This document shows, one piece after another, positions 47,128 to 55,366 of a DNA stretch of 64,000 nucleotides (position 1 is the stretch's first letter; the number at the start of each line of letters is the position of its first letter). The DNA is from Candidatus Eiseniibacteriota bacterium (lineage in GTDB: Bacteria; Eisenbacteria; RBG-16-71-46). Under the pieces are notes generated by a model, which searched no databases, had not been told where the DNA came from, and was given only the letters and a program-made list of their open reading frames with translations. Where the stretch lies: contig CAVUWA010000002.1 of the NCBI GenBank assembly GCA_963744995.1, forward strand, positions 448,001 through 512,000, given 5' to 3'. A program made the position numbers and the translations under genes.

Positions 47128-48192
47128 TCAGGAGGCCGGCGACAATCCGCCGAGCTGTCCGCAGGCGGCCCAGATCTCACCGCCGAGGGTGTTGCGGACC
47201 GTGACGGCGGGGGCGCGCGGATAGAGACTGTCGGCGAAAGCCTGCACCGCTTCGGGGCTCGGTCGTTCGTAGGGGAGACCCGGCACCGGATTGTAGGGGA
47301 TCAGGTTGATCTTGCTCGGCAGATCGCGCGCGATGCGGCTCAGGCGGTCGGCGTCGTCCGGCCCGTCGTTGACGCCCGCGAGCAGCGTGTATTCGAGCGT
47401 CACCCGGCGCCCGCTCCGCTCGCTGTAGGTGCGTGCGGCGCGCAACAGCGTATCGAGCGGCCAGCGCCGGTTGACCGGAACGAGTTCGTCGCGAAGTGCA
47501 TCGGTCGTCGCGTGCAGCGAGATCGCCAGGCCGACCGGGATGCCGATCTCCGCCAGATGTTCGATGCCGGGCACCAGGCCGCTCGTCGAAACGGTGATCC
47601 GGCGCGCGCCGAGGTTGAGTCCCTGCGGCTCGCGCAGGATGCGGATCGATTCGAACACGGCCTGCTCGTTGGCGAGCGGCTCGCCCATGCCCATGAAGAC
47701 CAGATTGAAGCGCTCGTCCTCCCAGCCGTGGAAGTCGCCCATGATCACGACCTGCGCGACGATCTCCTCGGGGCGCAGATTGCGCGCGAGGCCCATGAGG
47801 CCCGTGGCGCAGAACGAGCACTTGAGCGCACAGCCGACCTGGCTCGACAGGCAGAACGTGCGCCGCCGGTCGGTGCGCATCGACACGCATTCGACGCGCG
47901 CGCCGTCGGCAAGTTCCAGTACGAACTTCTGCGTCAGGCCGTCTCGCGTGCCGTGGACGGAGACGGCCGCGGGAAGCGTGAAGTCGCAGATCGAGCCCAG
48001 TTCCTCGCGCAGCGAGCGCGACAGGCTGGTCATGCCGTCGGGGGCGCGCAGCCCTTTCTGGTAGATCCAGCCGTAGACCTGGGTCGCGCGGTATGCGGCG
48101 TGCCCGGCGCCGGCAAAACGCTCGGCGAGCGCGGCGTGGCGGAGCCCGTAGAAGTTAGGCGCCCGATGGGTCGAGATCATGGTGACCGGCAA
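47128..48192 (-). CDS. rlmN: 23S rRNA/tRNA m2A methyltransferase RlmN
   Basis: SSQVGC.LKCSFCATG, FMGMGEP, NLIPYN, AACGQL. Confidence 0.96.
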   Translation of the reverse strand: MPVTMISTHRAPNFYGLRHAALAERFAGAGHAAYRATQVYGWIYQKGLRAPDGMTSLSRSLREELGSICDFTLPAAVSVHGTRDGLTQKFVLELADGARVECVSMRTDRRRTFCLSSQVGCALKCSFCATGLMGLARNLRPEEIVAQVVIMGDFHGWEDERFNLVFMGMGEPLANEQAVFESIRILREPQGLNLGARRITVSTSGLVPGIEHLAEIGIPVGLAISLHATTDALRDELVPVNRRWPLDTLLRAARTYSERSGRRVTLEYTLLAGVNDGPDDADRLSRIARDLPSKINLIPYNPVPGLPYERPSPEAVQAFADSLYPRAPAVTVRNTLGGEIWAACGQLGGLSPAS

Positions 48193-48263
48193 TGGGTGGT
48201 GGGGAGGCGGGACGAGCGCGAAGCTAGCAGAGACAATCTTTTGCGGTCAACGCCGCGCAATGG

Positions 48264-48281
48264 TATGCATATCCGTGCAAT
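48264..48281. promoter_or_regulatory. Putative ArsR operator, copy 1 of 3 (others at 48845-48862 and 49427-49444)
   Basis: TATGC-N8-GCAAT overlapping the arsR start. Confidence 0.5.
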
Positions 48282-48837
48282 GAACGAACAGAACGATTTT
48301 CCGCGCCGCCTGATGGCTTGCCTGAGCGATGCCTCGCGCTACCGCATCGCGCTCACGCTCAAGGAGCGGGAGATGTGCGTGACGGAACTGGCCGGGGAGG
48401 TCGGGCTTTCGCAGTCCTGTACGACGCGCCACCTCCAGGCGCTGGGTCGCGACGGCCTGGTGCACCGGCGCCGGGACGGCAAGCGGGTACTGTTCCGGCT
48501 CGACGATGACTCCGCCCGCGTGAGCGCACTGCTCGAGTGGATCGAGCGCGGCGCCGCCCCGAAACCGCCCGGGGGAGCCGCTACCGCCCGGGACGCAGCC
48601 GGGTCGGGTGCGACGCCCGGCGACGAGCCGCAGACCGCGCCGGACGCGGCCCCTGGCTCCGCCCCGGCGGCCCGCGGGGAAAGCGCCCGTGCCCGCCGGG
48701 CCCGCCGCACTGTCCCCGGACCCCCTCGCTCTGGTAGAAGGTCGGGCGCCGTCCCGGCCGACGAACCCGTCCCCCAGGAAACGAAACCGCAAGCACCCGT
48801 TCTCAGGCCCGGGGATCTGGAGGACTACCTGCTTTGA
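48265..48837 (+). CDS. ArsR/SmtB family regulator with long disordered C-terminal tail
   Basis: LSDASRYRI..L...EMCVTELA..VGLSQSCTTRHL..L..GLV..RRDG; alternative start at 48280. Confidence 0.85.
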   Translation: MHIRAMNEQNDFPRRLMACLSDASRYRIALTLKEREMCVTELAGEVGLSQSCTTRHLQALGRDGLVHRRRDGKRVLFRLDDDSARVSALLEWIERGAAPKPPGGAATARDAAGSGATPGDEPQTAPDAAPGSAPAARGESARARRARRTVPGPPRSGRRSGAVPADEPVPQETKPQAPVLRPGDLEDYLL

Positions 48838-48845
48838 GCAAACAT

Positions 48846-49799
48846 ATGCGTGTAGCTGCAATTGATATCGGCAGCAATTCCATCCGGCTGCTGGTGGCGG
48901 AACTTCACGGCGGGGAGCGACCGCGCCTGGTGACGATTGCCCGGGCGGGCGAGCCCTGCCGCCTTGGGCGCGGTCTCGGCAGCACCGGACTGATCGAGAC
49001 CGAAACGGCCGAGCGCGCGGCCGCGCTTGCGGGATCGTTCGTCGACCGGGCACGCGGACTGGGTGCGGGCCGGATCGTCGTGGCGGCGACTGCCGCGATG
49101 CGCAACGCCACGAACGGCGCCGAAGTCGCGGCCCGGATCGAAGCCCGCTGCCGCGTGCCGGTCCGCGTGCTGACCGGAGACGACGAGGCGCGGCTCATGT
49201 ATCGGGCGGTGATCGGCGGCCTCGGCCGCCCGGTGCGCGACAACTCCTGCGTCGTGTTCGATCTGGGCGGCGGCAGCACGGAGGTCGTGAGCGGGGTGGG
49301 CGAGCGGCCGGGCCGCTGGACCAGCCTCCCGTTCGGTGCCGTGAGCCTGACCGAGAGGCATCTGCACTCGAATCCGCCGGCGCCCGCTGAGATCGCGGCA
49401 CTGCGCGCGAATGTCCGTGATATTCTTATGCATGACTGCGCATACATGCCCGAACGGGCGCCGGTCCTTGCGGGGGTCGGCGGCACGGTGACCGTGCTGG
49501 CCATGCTGGATCGCAAGCTCACGGCCTATGACCCGGCGCGCCTCGAGGGCTGGGGCGTCACCGCCGACCGGCTCGCCACGCTCACCGCGAAGCTCATCGA
49601 CACCACCCAGGAGGAGCGCCGTCGCTGGCCGGCCATGGGCGAGGGCAGGGCCGACATCGTGGTGGCCGGCGTGCTCGTGGTCGAGGCGCTCATGGAGCGC
49701 TTTCCCTCGCCGATGCTGGTGTGCTCGACCCAGGGGCTGCGTTACGGGCTGGCGCGCGAGGCGGCCATGGTTCCGGCGCCGCTTCCCGAGCCCTCCTGA
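48846..49799 (+). CDS. ppx: Ppx/GppA family exopolyphosphatase (short form)
   Basis: IDIGSNSIRL, ATAAMRNA.N, DLGGGSTE, GRAD, GLRYG; alternative TTG start at 48834. Confidence 0.9.
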   Translation: MRVAAIDIGSNSIRLLVAELHGGERPRLVTIARAGEPCRLGRGLGSTGLIETETAERAAALAGSFVDRARGLGAGRIVVAATAAMRNATNGAEVAARIEARCRVPVRVLTGDDEARLMYRAVIGGLGRPVRDNSCVVFDLGGGSTEVVSGVGERPGRWTSLPFGAVSLTERHLHSNPPAPAEIAALRANVRDILMHDCAYMPERAPVLAGVGGTVTVLAMLDRKLTAYDPARLEGWGVTADRLATLTAKLIDTTQEERRRWPAMGEGRADIVVAGVLVVEALMERFPSPMLVCSTQGLRYGLAREAAMVPAPLPEPS

Positions 49800-49912
49800 G
49801 CACCAGGCGGGGCGTCCTTTCTCGGTCCGGCCGGGGTCGGTCCCCGGCCTCCCGGGCGGCGTGGGGTCGCCCGTCCCCCGCGCCGGCCCGACCCATCAAA
49901 GGCCTTTATGGG

Positions 49913-49962
49913 TTGACGACCTCTGGAACCGGGTCGATACTTCCCCTGGCGCTGAAAACGCA
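49913..49962 (+). promoter_or_regulatory. sigma70 promoter plus possible sigma54 promoter upstream of the prepeptide gene
   Basis: TTGACG-N17-GATACT (49913-49941); TGGCGCTGAAAACGCA GG-N10-GC (49947-49962). Confidence 0.5.
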
Positions 49963-50068
49963 GGTCCCCTCAGCAGATGACGCAGCGGTGCCGATCTCCT
50001 CCAGATTGGTGGCCGGTATTGTGTTTCTTTCTCTTTGACGCAGGATCCGTGGAGGGAGCAGGCAGCGC

Positions 50069-50374
50069 ATGAGTCAACTACGCAACAGACTCCTGATCAC
50101 ACTGGTCGTGCTGGCGGCAATCGTCGTGATTCCGCACCGGTCGGCGCATGCCGGCCCGTCGATCTGGACGATTTCCGAGCACGATGAGCCCTCGATCCAA
50201 CCGGTCGGCGGGTTCACCGGCGAGCCCGATGTCGGGCAGACGTCACCTTCGAACGCGGGACGGGTACAGTCTCCGTCGTCCGTGATGAACACGAAGATCG
50301 ACGCCCGTTTCGACGAAGTGCTTCGTCTGTCCGTGTGGCTCTGGAAAGCGCGCCTTGGCTTGACGGGGTTCTAG
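50069..50374 (+). CDS. Small secreted protein / candidate signalling prepropeptide
   Basis: GGAGGGAG RBS; Sec signal ending AHA; polar mature region containing GEPD; Trp-rich amphipathic C-terminus. Confidence 0.75.
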   Translation: MSQLRNRLLITLVVLAAIVVIPHRSAHAGPSIWTISEHDEPSIQPVGGFTGEPDVGQTSPSNAGRVQSPSSVMNTKIDARFDEVLRLSVWLWKARLGLTGF

Positions 50375-50401
50375 ACGGGCGCATCGTCTTGAACCCCGTC
50401 A
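50361..50401 (+). terminator. Long hairpin over the prepeptide stop codon
   Basis: TGACGGGGTTC/GAACCCCGTCA plus AGACG/CGTCT; no U-tract. Confidence 0.55.
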
Positions 50402-50482
50402 TTGCAGGGGCCAAATCGAACGGCGTCCCGGATCGAACCGCCGGAGCGCCCCACCGGGTTTAGAAAGACAGAGGGTTCGATA

Positions 50483-53400
50483 GTGCAGCGAGCGATCCCC
50501 CCCGATCAGTCTCACGCACAGCGCGGCGCGCAGGATGGTGCACGCCAGCACGAGGCGATCGGTGACCTTCATCTTGCCGCCGACAATTTCTCGGGAGCCA
50601 TCGAGGCCTACCGGGACGCACTTCGGGACGTCGGGCAGGAGCTGCCGATCGAACGCGCCCACCTGCTGCAGCGGATCGCGGACGCCTCCCAGCGCCGCGG
50701 CGACTACGGCGCCGCCTTCGAAAACCTGCGTGAAGCCCGCCGGGTGGCGCGGCTCCTGGGCGATGATCGCCTGACGGCGCGCATTGCCGCACGGTTGTCG
50801 CACGCGTGCATCGAGCAGGGCCTGGTCCGCCGCAGCCGCCGTTACGCGCGCTTCGCATACGCGGTCCTGCGCGACACCGACGAGCATCGCACCGTGGGCC
50901 AGGTGATGGTGACGCTCGGCCTGTGTGCGGCACGACTCGGCCGTGCGCACGAGGCGATCGAGTGGCTGCAGAGCGCGGTGGCGACCTTCCGCCGCATCGA
51001 GGACGCCGACGGGCTGGTGTCGGCGCTCAACAACCTCGGCCTCGTCTACAAGAATCTGCGCGAGTGGCGCGACGCCACACGGTTCCTCGAGGAGGCCCTC
51101 CGGCTCGACGAGCGCGCCGGCCTCTATTCGCGCATGCGCGGCCACAATCAGAATCTGGGCCTCATCCGCTTCCGGCTCGGGCAGTGGGACCTTGCCGAGG
51201 AGAACTTCGCCCATTCGCTCAAGATCTCGCGTGAGACCGGCCACCTGCAGGGCGAGGCGGTCGCGTTGCTCGCCACGGGCATGCTGGCGCGCCGGCGCCG
51301 CCAGCTCGAGCGTGCGGAAGATCTCTATCGTCGCGCGCTCAAGCTCGCCGCGAAGTGCGGCGCCCGCCGCGAGCAACTGCTCGCACGCGAATTCATCGGC
51401 GAGCTGGAGATCGATGCCGGCCAGCCCGAGGGCGCGATCGAGATCCTCGAGCCGGCGCTGGAAGAGGCGCTCGGCCTGGCCCCGCAGGGCGATCTGGTCG
51501 CGGAGCTGGAGGTCCGGCTCGGCATCGCGCACCTGCGCGCCGGGCACGTCGAGCCGGCCGAGGCGCACCTGCTGCGCGGCGCGGCGCTGGCCGAGCGGCT
51601 GGGCGACCGGATCGAGCAGGCGATTGCCGAGCGCACGCTGGCGCGTCTCGACGCCGCGCGCGGCAACGTGCCCGGCATGGAGGCGCGGCTGCGCGCCGCG
51701 GCGCAGACGTTCGAGCACCTCTCGGAGACCTACGAGCTGGCGGTGACCCTCGGCATGTGGGGCGAGTGCCTGCTCGCGCTGCCTTCGAGCGTGCGCATGC
51801 GCATGTCCCTCGAGACCGTGACCGACGCCACCCGCCGTGCGAGCGTGCTGTATCGCCGCCTGGATCTGGCGCCGGTGGCCGCCGAGCTGCAGCTCACGCT
51901 CGCCAAGCTGGTGGCCGAACGCGAACACTTCGACCAGGCCCTCGGCCTGCTGGAGCAGGCCGAGGAATGGCTCAGCGACGCGTCCCAGGACGACCAGCCC
52001 GCCAGCGGGCGTGCGGTCGACCTGCGCCGCGAGATCGAACGGCAGTACGTCGCCGTGTCGCTCTCGACCTGCAACGAGTTCCGTGCGCTGGAAGAGGCCA
52101 ACCGGCTGTTCCGCGAGACGAGCGACATGAACGACCTGCTGGCGCAGACGGTGAAGCTGGCCGTCGAGCACTCCGGCGGCGATCGTGGATTCGTGGCGTT
52201 CAGCGCAAGCGGCGGCCGTTTGGAGGTGGTGGCGCAGCACGGGCTCGGCCGCGATCGCGCCCGCCGTCTGCTCAGATCCATCGTGCAGGCCTCGGGGCAG
52301 CGGCTGGCCGAGAGCGGACCGCTGTTCTCGAGCCGCGTCGCGGCGGACCCGCGTTTCGAGGCGGATCTCACCGATGCGCTGGAGGGGGTCGGCTCGCTGG
52401 TGTGCGTGCCGCTCAACTTCCCGTCGCAGGCGATCGGCCTCGTCTACGTGGACCGGCTGAACGACAACCTGCTCGGCGCTTTCAAACAGCGCGAGCTCAA
52501 CCTGCTGGCCGTCCTCGCCAACAGCGGCGCGGTGGCGATCGTCGAAGCACAGCGTTCGCTGCTGCTCGCCGAGAACAAGGAACTGCGCGACAAGCTCAAG
52601 CCGAGCCCGGGCTTCGGCCGCGTCGTCACCCAGTCACGCGAGATGGAGCACACGCTCGGCTTGCTCGGCAAGGTCGGCGACAGCGACGCGACGGTGCTGT
52701 TCATGGGCGAGACCGGAACCGGCAAGGGTCTGCTGGCGCAGGTCGTTCACGAGATCTCGAACCGGCGCGACCGCCCGTTCGTGCAGGTCAACTGCGCCGC
52801 GATTCCGGAGTCGCTGCTCGAGAGCGAGTTGTTCGGCCACGTGCAGGGCGCCTTCACCGGTGCGTCTCGCGACAAGGTCGGGCTGTTCGAGGAAGCCGAC
52901 GGCGGCACGATCTTCCTCGACGAGATCGAGAAGGTGCCCGAGACGGTTCAGGCCAAACTGCTGCACGTCCTGGACCGCAGCGAAATCCGTCCGGTGGGCG
53001 CGACCCGCAGCCGCCACGTCAGTGCGCGGGTGATCTGTGCCACCGGTTGCGACCTGCGCGAACGCATCCAGCAGGGGCGCTTCCTCGAAGATCTCTACTA
53101 TCGCCTCAACGACATCACGGTGAAGGTGCCGCCGTTGCGCGAACGGCGCGAAGACGTGCCGGTGCTGGCGCAGCACTTCCTCGAGCGCTACTCGCGGCAG
53201 ATGGAGAAGCGCGTGAACGGGTTCTCTCCCGACGTCATGCGCGTGTTCCTCGAGCACGAGTGGCGCGGCAACGTGCGCGAGCTCGAGAAGACGGTGAAGC
53301 GGATGGTGGTGCTCGCCGACGACGGCGACCGGCTCGGCCCGGATCTGCTGCCGCCGGAGATCGTGGAGCGCAGAGCGCAGGGCGAGAACGGCGCGGCGGG

Positions 53401-53578
53401 GCCGAAGAGCCGCACGTTGCGCACCCACGTGAGCCAGCTCGAGCGGCGCATGATCTCCGAATCGCTCGAACGCCACGACTGGAACAAGGCGCGCGCGGCG
53501 CGCGAACTGGGCCTGAGCTACCCGACGATGCTGTCGAAGATTCGACTCCTCAAGCTCGAGAAGTCGAAGATGCGCTGA
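50483..53578 (+). CDS. TPR-GAF-AAA+-HTH sigma54 enhancer-binding protein
   Basis: About 500 aa of TPRs (ALNNLGLVY, NQNLGLIR), GAF (LVCVPL..IGLVYVD), GETGTGK, GAFTGA, GNVREL, HTH; GTG 50483 has an RBS, while the ORF track starts at 50402. Confidence 0.92.
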   Translation: MQRAIPPDQSHAQRGAQDGARQHEAIGDLHLAADNFSGAIEAYRDALRDVGQELPIERAHLLQRIADASQRRGDYGAAFENLREARRVARLLGDDRLTARIAARLSHACIEQGLVRRSRRYARFAYAVLRDTDEHRTVGQVMVTLGLCAARLGRAHEAIEWLQSAVATFRRIEDADGLVSALNNLGLVYKNLREWRDATRFLEEALRLDERAGLYSRMRGHNQNLGLIRFRLGQWDLAEENFAHSLKISRETGHLQGEAVALLATGMLARRRRQLERAEDLYRRALKLAAKCGARREQLLAREFIGELEIDAGQPEGAIEILEPALEEALGLAPQGDLVAELEVRLGIAHLRAGHVEPAEAHLLRGAALAERLGDRIEQAIAERTLARLDAARGNVPGMEARLRAAAQTFEHLSETYELAVTLGMWGECLLALPSSVRMRMSLETVTDATRRASVLYRRLDLAPVAAELQLTLAKLVAEREHFDQALGLLEQAEEWLSDASQDDQPASGRAVDLRREIERQYVAVSLSTCNEFRALEEANRLFRETSDMNDLLAQTVKLAVEHSGGDRGFVAFSASGGRLEVVAQHGLGRDRARRLLRSIVQASGQRLAESGPLFSSRVAADPRFEADLTDALEGVGSLVCVPLNFPSQAIGLVYVDRLNDNLLGAFKQRELNLLAVLANSGAVAIVEAQRSLLLAENKELRDKLKPSPGFGRVVTQSREMEHTLGLLGKVGDSDATVLFMGETGTGKGLLAQVVHEISNRRDRPFVQVNCAAIPESLLESELFGHVQGAFTGASRDKVGLFEEADGGTIFLDEIEKVPETVQAKLLHVLDRSEIRPVGATRSRHVSARVICATGCDLRERIQQGRFLEDLYYRLNDITVKVPPLRERREDVPVLAQHFLERYSRQMEKRVNGFSPDVMRVFLEHEWRGNVRELEKTVKRMVVLADDGDRLGPDLLPPEIVERRAQGENGAAGPKSRTLRTHVSQLERRMISESLERHDWNKARAARELGLSYPTMLSKIRLLKLEKSKMR

Positions 53579-53634
53579 CGTTCGTCATCCTTCTGTCAGC
53601 CGCTCTCAAATTTCTTTACATCGAAGCCCGCGCT

Positions 53635-53808
53635 TATCAGGCACTTAGCCGGATGCCCGCGGGCTTCTCAATGAGCTTCACAATTCCGGCTCCCAACCGG
53701 GACGAAGCGGGCCCGCCCCGGCCGCCCGATCACCACCGTAACGCTTTGCAAGACATAGCGTTGATAGTTAGATCCCCGCTCGGGTCGGCGACTGGCATGC
53801 GAGGTGCT
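53635..53808 (+). promoter_or_regulatory. Sigma54 promoter P1 with IHF-like sites
   Basis: TATCAGGCACTTA (WATCARNNNNTTR) at 53635; AACGCT-N11-AGCGTT at 53740-53762; TGGCATGCGAGGTGCT at 53793-53808. Confidence 0.65.
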
Positions 53809-53819
53809 GGCTCTCGTCC

Positions 53820-54235
53820 GGCGGAGGGGGGGGACCTCCAACGTTCGGGCGCTTCGGCAACCGAACCACTGTCTGGGCTAGCCGGTTTCGCGAGGGCCGG
53901 TCAGGGTACGAGCCCCAGTCGCATGACAACGTACCGACTCTTGCCGCCGGCTAGCTTGGAGTGATTTCAATTTCCCTGGAAGGTCGGAATCGCACGCGGT
54001 CCGAAGCCTTGCCCGGTCTGATCGACGGCCGCGGATTCGGACCTCCAGGGTTCAAGGACACCGGTCACAGTCGTGACATAGGCCAACATTGGGGGATGTC
54101 CAGGCTGTTGTCGCGTGATGGTCGGCCGGTGTCCTCGTTCTTGCAGCCGGTGTCGCACGAGACCCACAGGTGAGACACCCGTGCACGGCGGCGGGGCTCT
54201 TCAGCGGGACGGGATCCCGCAGAGGCCACGCCGCC
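53820..54235 (+). ncRNA. Candidate novel multi-domain structured RNA (~415 nt)
   Basis: Begins at the predicted P1 +1; no credible ORF; five successive paired domains including a cUUCGg loop and a possible pseudoknot; ends in a strong hairpin. Confidence 0.55.
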
Positions 54236-54287
54236 AAAATATTGTGCCGCAACCGCTTGAACGCCGAGCGCAGATCGCGGGCCACCC

Positions 54288-54303
54288 CGGCACGCAGGTT
54301 GCC
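54288..54303 (+). promoter_or_regulatory. Sigma54 promoter P2
   Basis: CGGCACGCAGGTTGCC, near-consensus GGCACG-N4-TTGC, 40 nt before an ATG with GGAGG RBS. Confidence 0.7.
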
Positions 54304-54342
54304 CCCTGGAATGGGCGTTAGGCTCTTCTGGAGGGTTCGATC

Positions 54343-55188
54343 ATGTGGCGGCAACTGTCTCTCGCATCAGGCTTCGCGGCCGGCCTGCTCCTCGTCGCCG
54401 GCTGCCACGATTCACCAACCGGGCCGCGGCGCGACTACACGCCGCCCTCGGCTCCAGCCAACGTCTACAGTGTCACCGGTGACACCAAGGTCTGGCTGCA
54501 CTGGGATCCCAATCCCGAAGCCGACGTCGTGGGCTACCGGATCTACGAGAGCGGCTGCGACGCCGGGCCGTCGTGTCCCTACGATCGCATCGGCTCGACC
54601 AGCGGGCTGTCGTTCGAAGTCGACGGTCTCGTGAACGGGGTGACGCGTTACTTCGCCGTCGCCGCCGTGGATCGGGCCGGGAACGAAAGCGATCTTTCCT
54701 ACGAGAGCGTCTTCGACACGCCGCGCCCTGAAGGCTTCGGCCTCGCGATCGCCAGCGTCGAGAACGACCCCGACTTCAGCGGCTACGACTTCTCGCGCTA
54801 TCGCGTCGTTGCCTTCGACGATTCCGACGTGGACATTCTCTACACGACCGGCGGCGCCGCGAACGAGATCCAGGCGCCGTACACCGACACCGACATTCAG
54901 GACATGGGCCCCGTGACCACGCTCGACGAGATCGACTGGGCGCCGGGAAGCGGCTGGTCGCCGAGCGGCACCGTCGAAGCGATTCCCGGCCACGCGTACG
55001 TGGTGTGGACCTGGGACGATCACTACGCCAAGTTCCGGGTCGTGAGCGCCAGCGCCTCGCGGGTGATCGTGGATTGGGCGTATCAGGTGGATCCGGGCAA
55101 CCGCGAACTCAAGGCGCGCCGCGCCTACGACGAGGACGGCCAGGCACAGCCGCGCGTGCGCCGGGCGGGCGTGGTGGCCCTGCGATGA
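54343..55188 (+). CDS. Lipoprotein with fibronectin type III domain
   Basis: Lipobox LVAGC; PPSAP..V.LHW.PN.E.DV.GY.IY..YFAVAAVD.AGNES. Confidence 0.8.
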   Translation: MWRQLSLASGFAAGLLLVAGCHDSPTGPRRDYTPPSAPANVYSVTGDTKVWLHWDPNPEADVVGYRIYESGCDAGPSCPYDRIGSTSGLSFEVDGLVNGVTRYFAVAAVDRAGNESDLSYESVFDTPRPEGFGLAIASVENDPDFSGYDFSRYRVVAFDDSDVDILYTTGGAANEIQAPYTDTDIQDMGPVTTLDEIDWAPGSGWSPSGTVEAIPGHAYVVWTWDDHYAKFRVVSASASRVIVDWAYQVDPGNRELKARRAYDEDGQAQPRVRRAGVVALR

Positions 55189-55366
55189 AGACCCCTGGCG
55201 GAACATGGCGGCGCGCAATCGGGCGCCCCGCCACGTCCAGAAACTGCAAAGGACCTGGACGCCACGATCTCGTGCGCTCGGGAGCCGCATCAAATGCTGG
55301 TATCATGGAGCCGGCACTGCTCCCCGCCCCGCGTCCGGGACACTTCCCGACGGAAGGAACATCATC

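Noticed and set aside
53923..54354. Short ORFs inside the candidate RNA (53923-53964, 53961-54173, 53967-54167, 54052-54354)
   Set aside because: No convincing RBS, atypical codon usage and no recognisable motifs.
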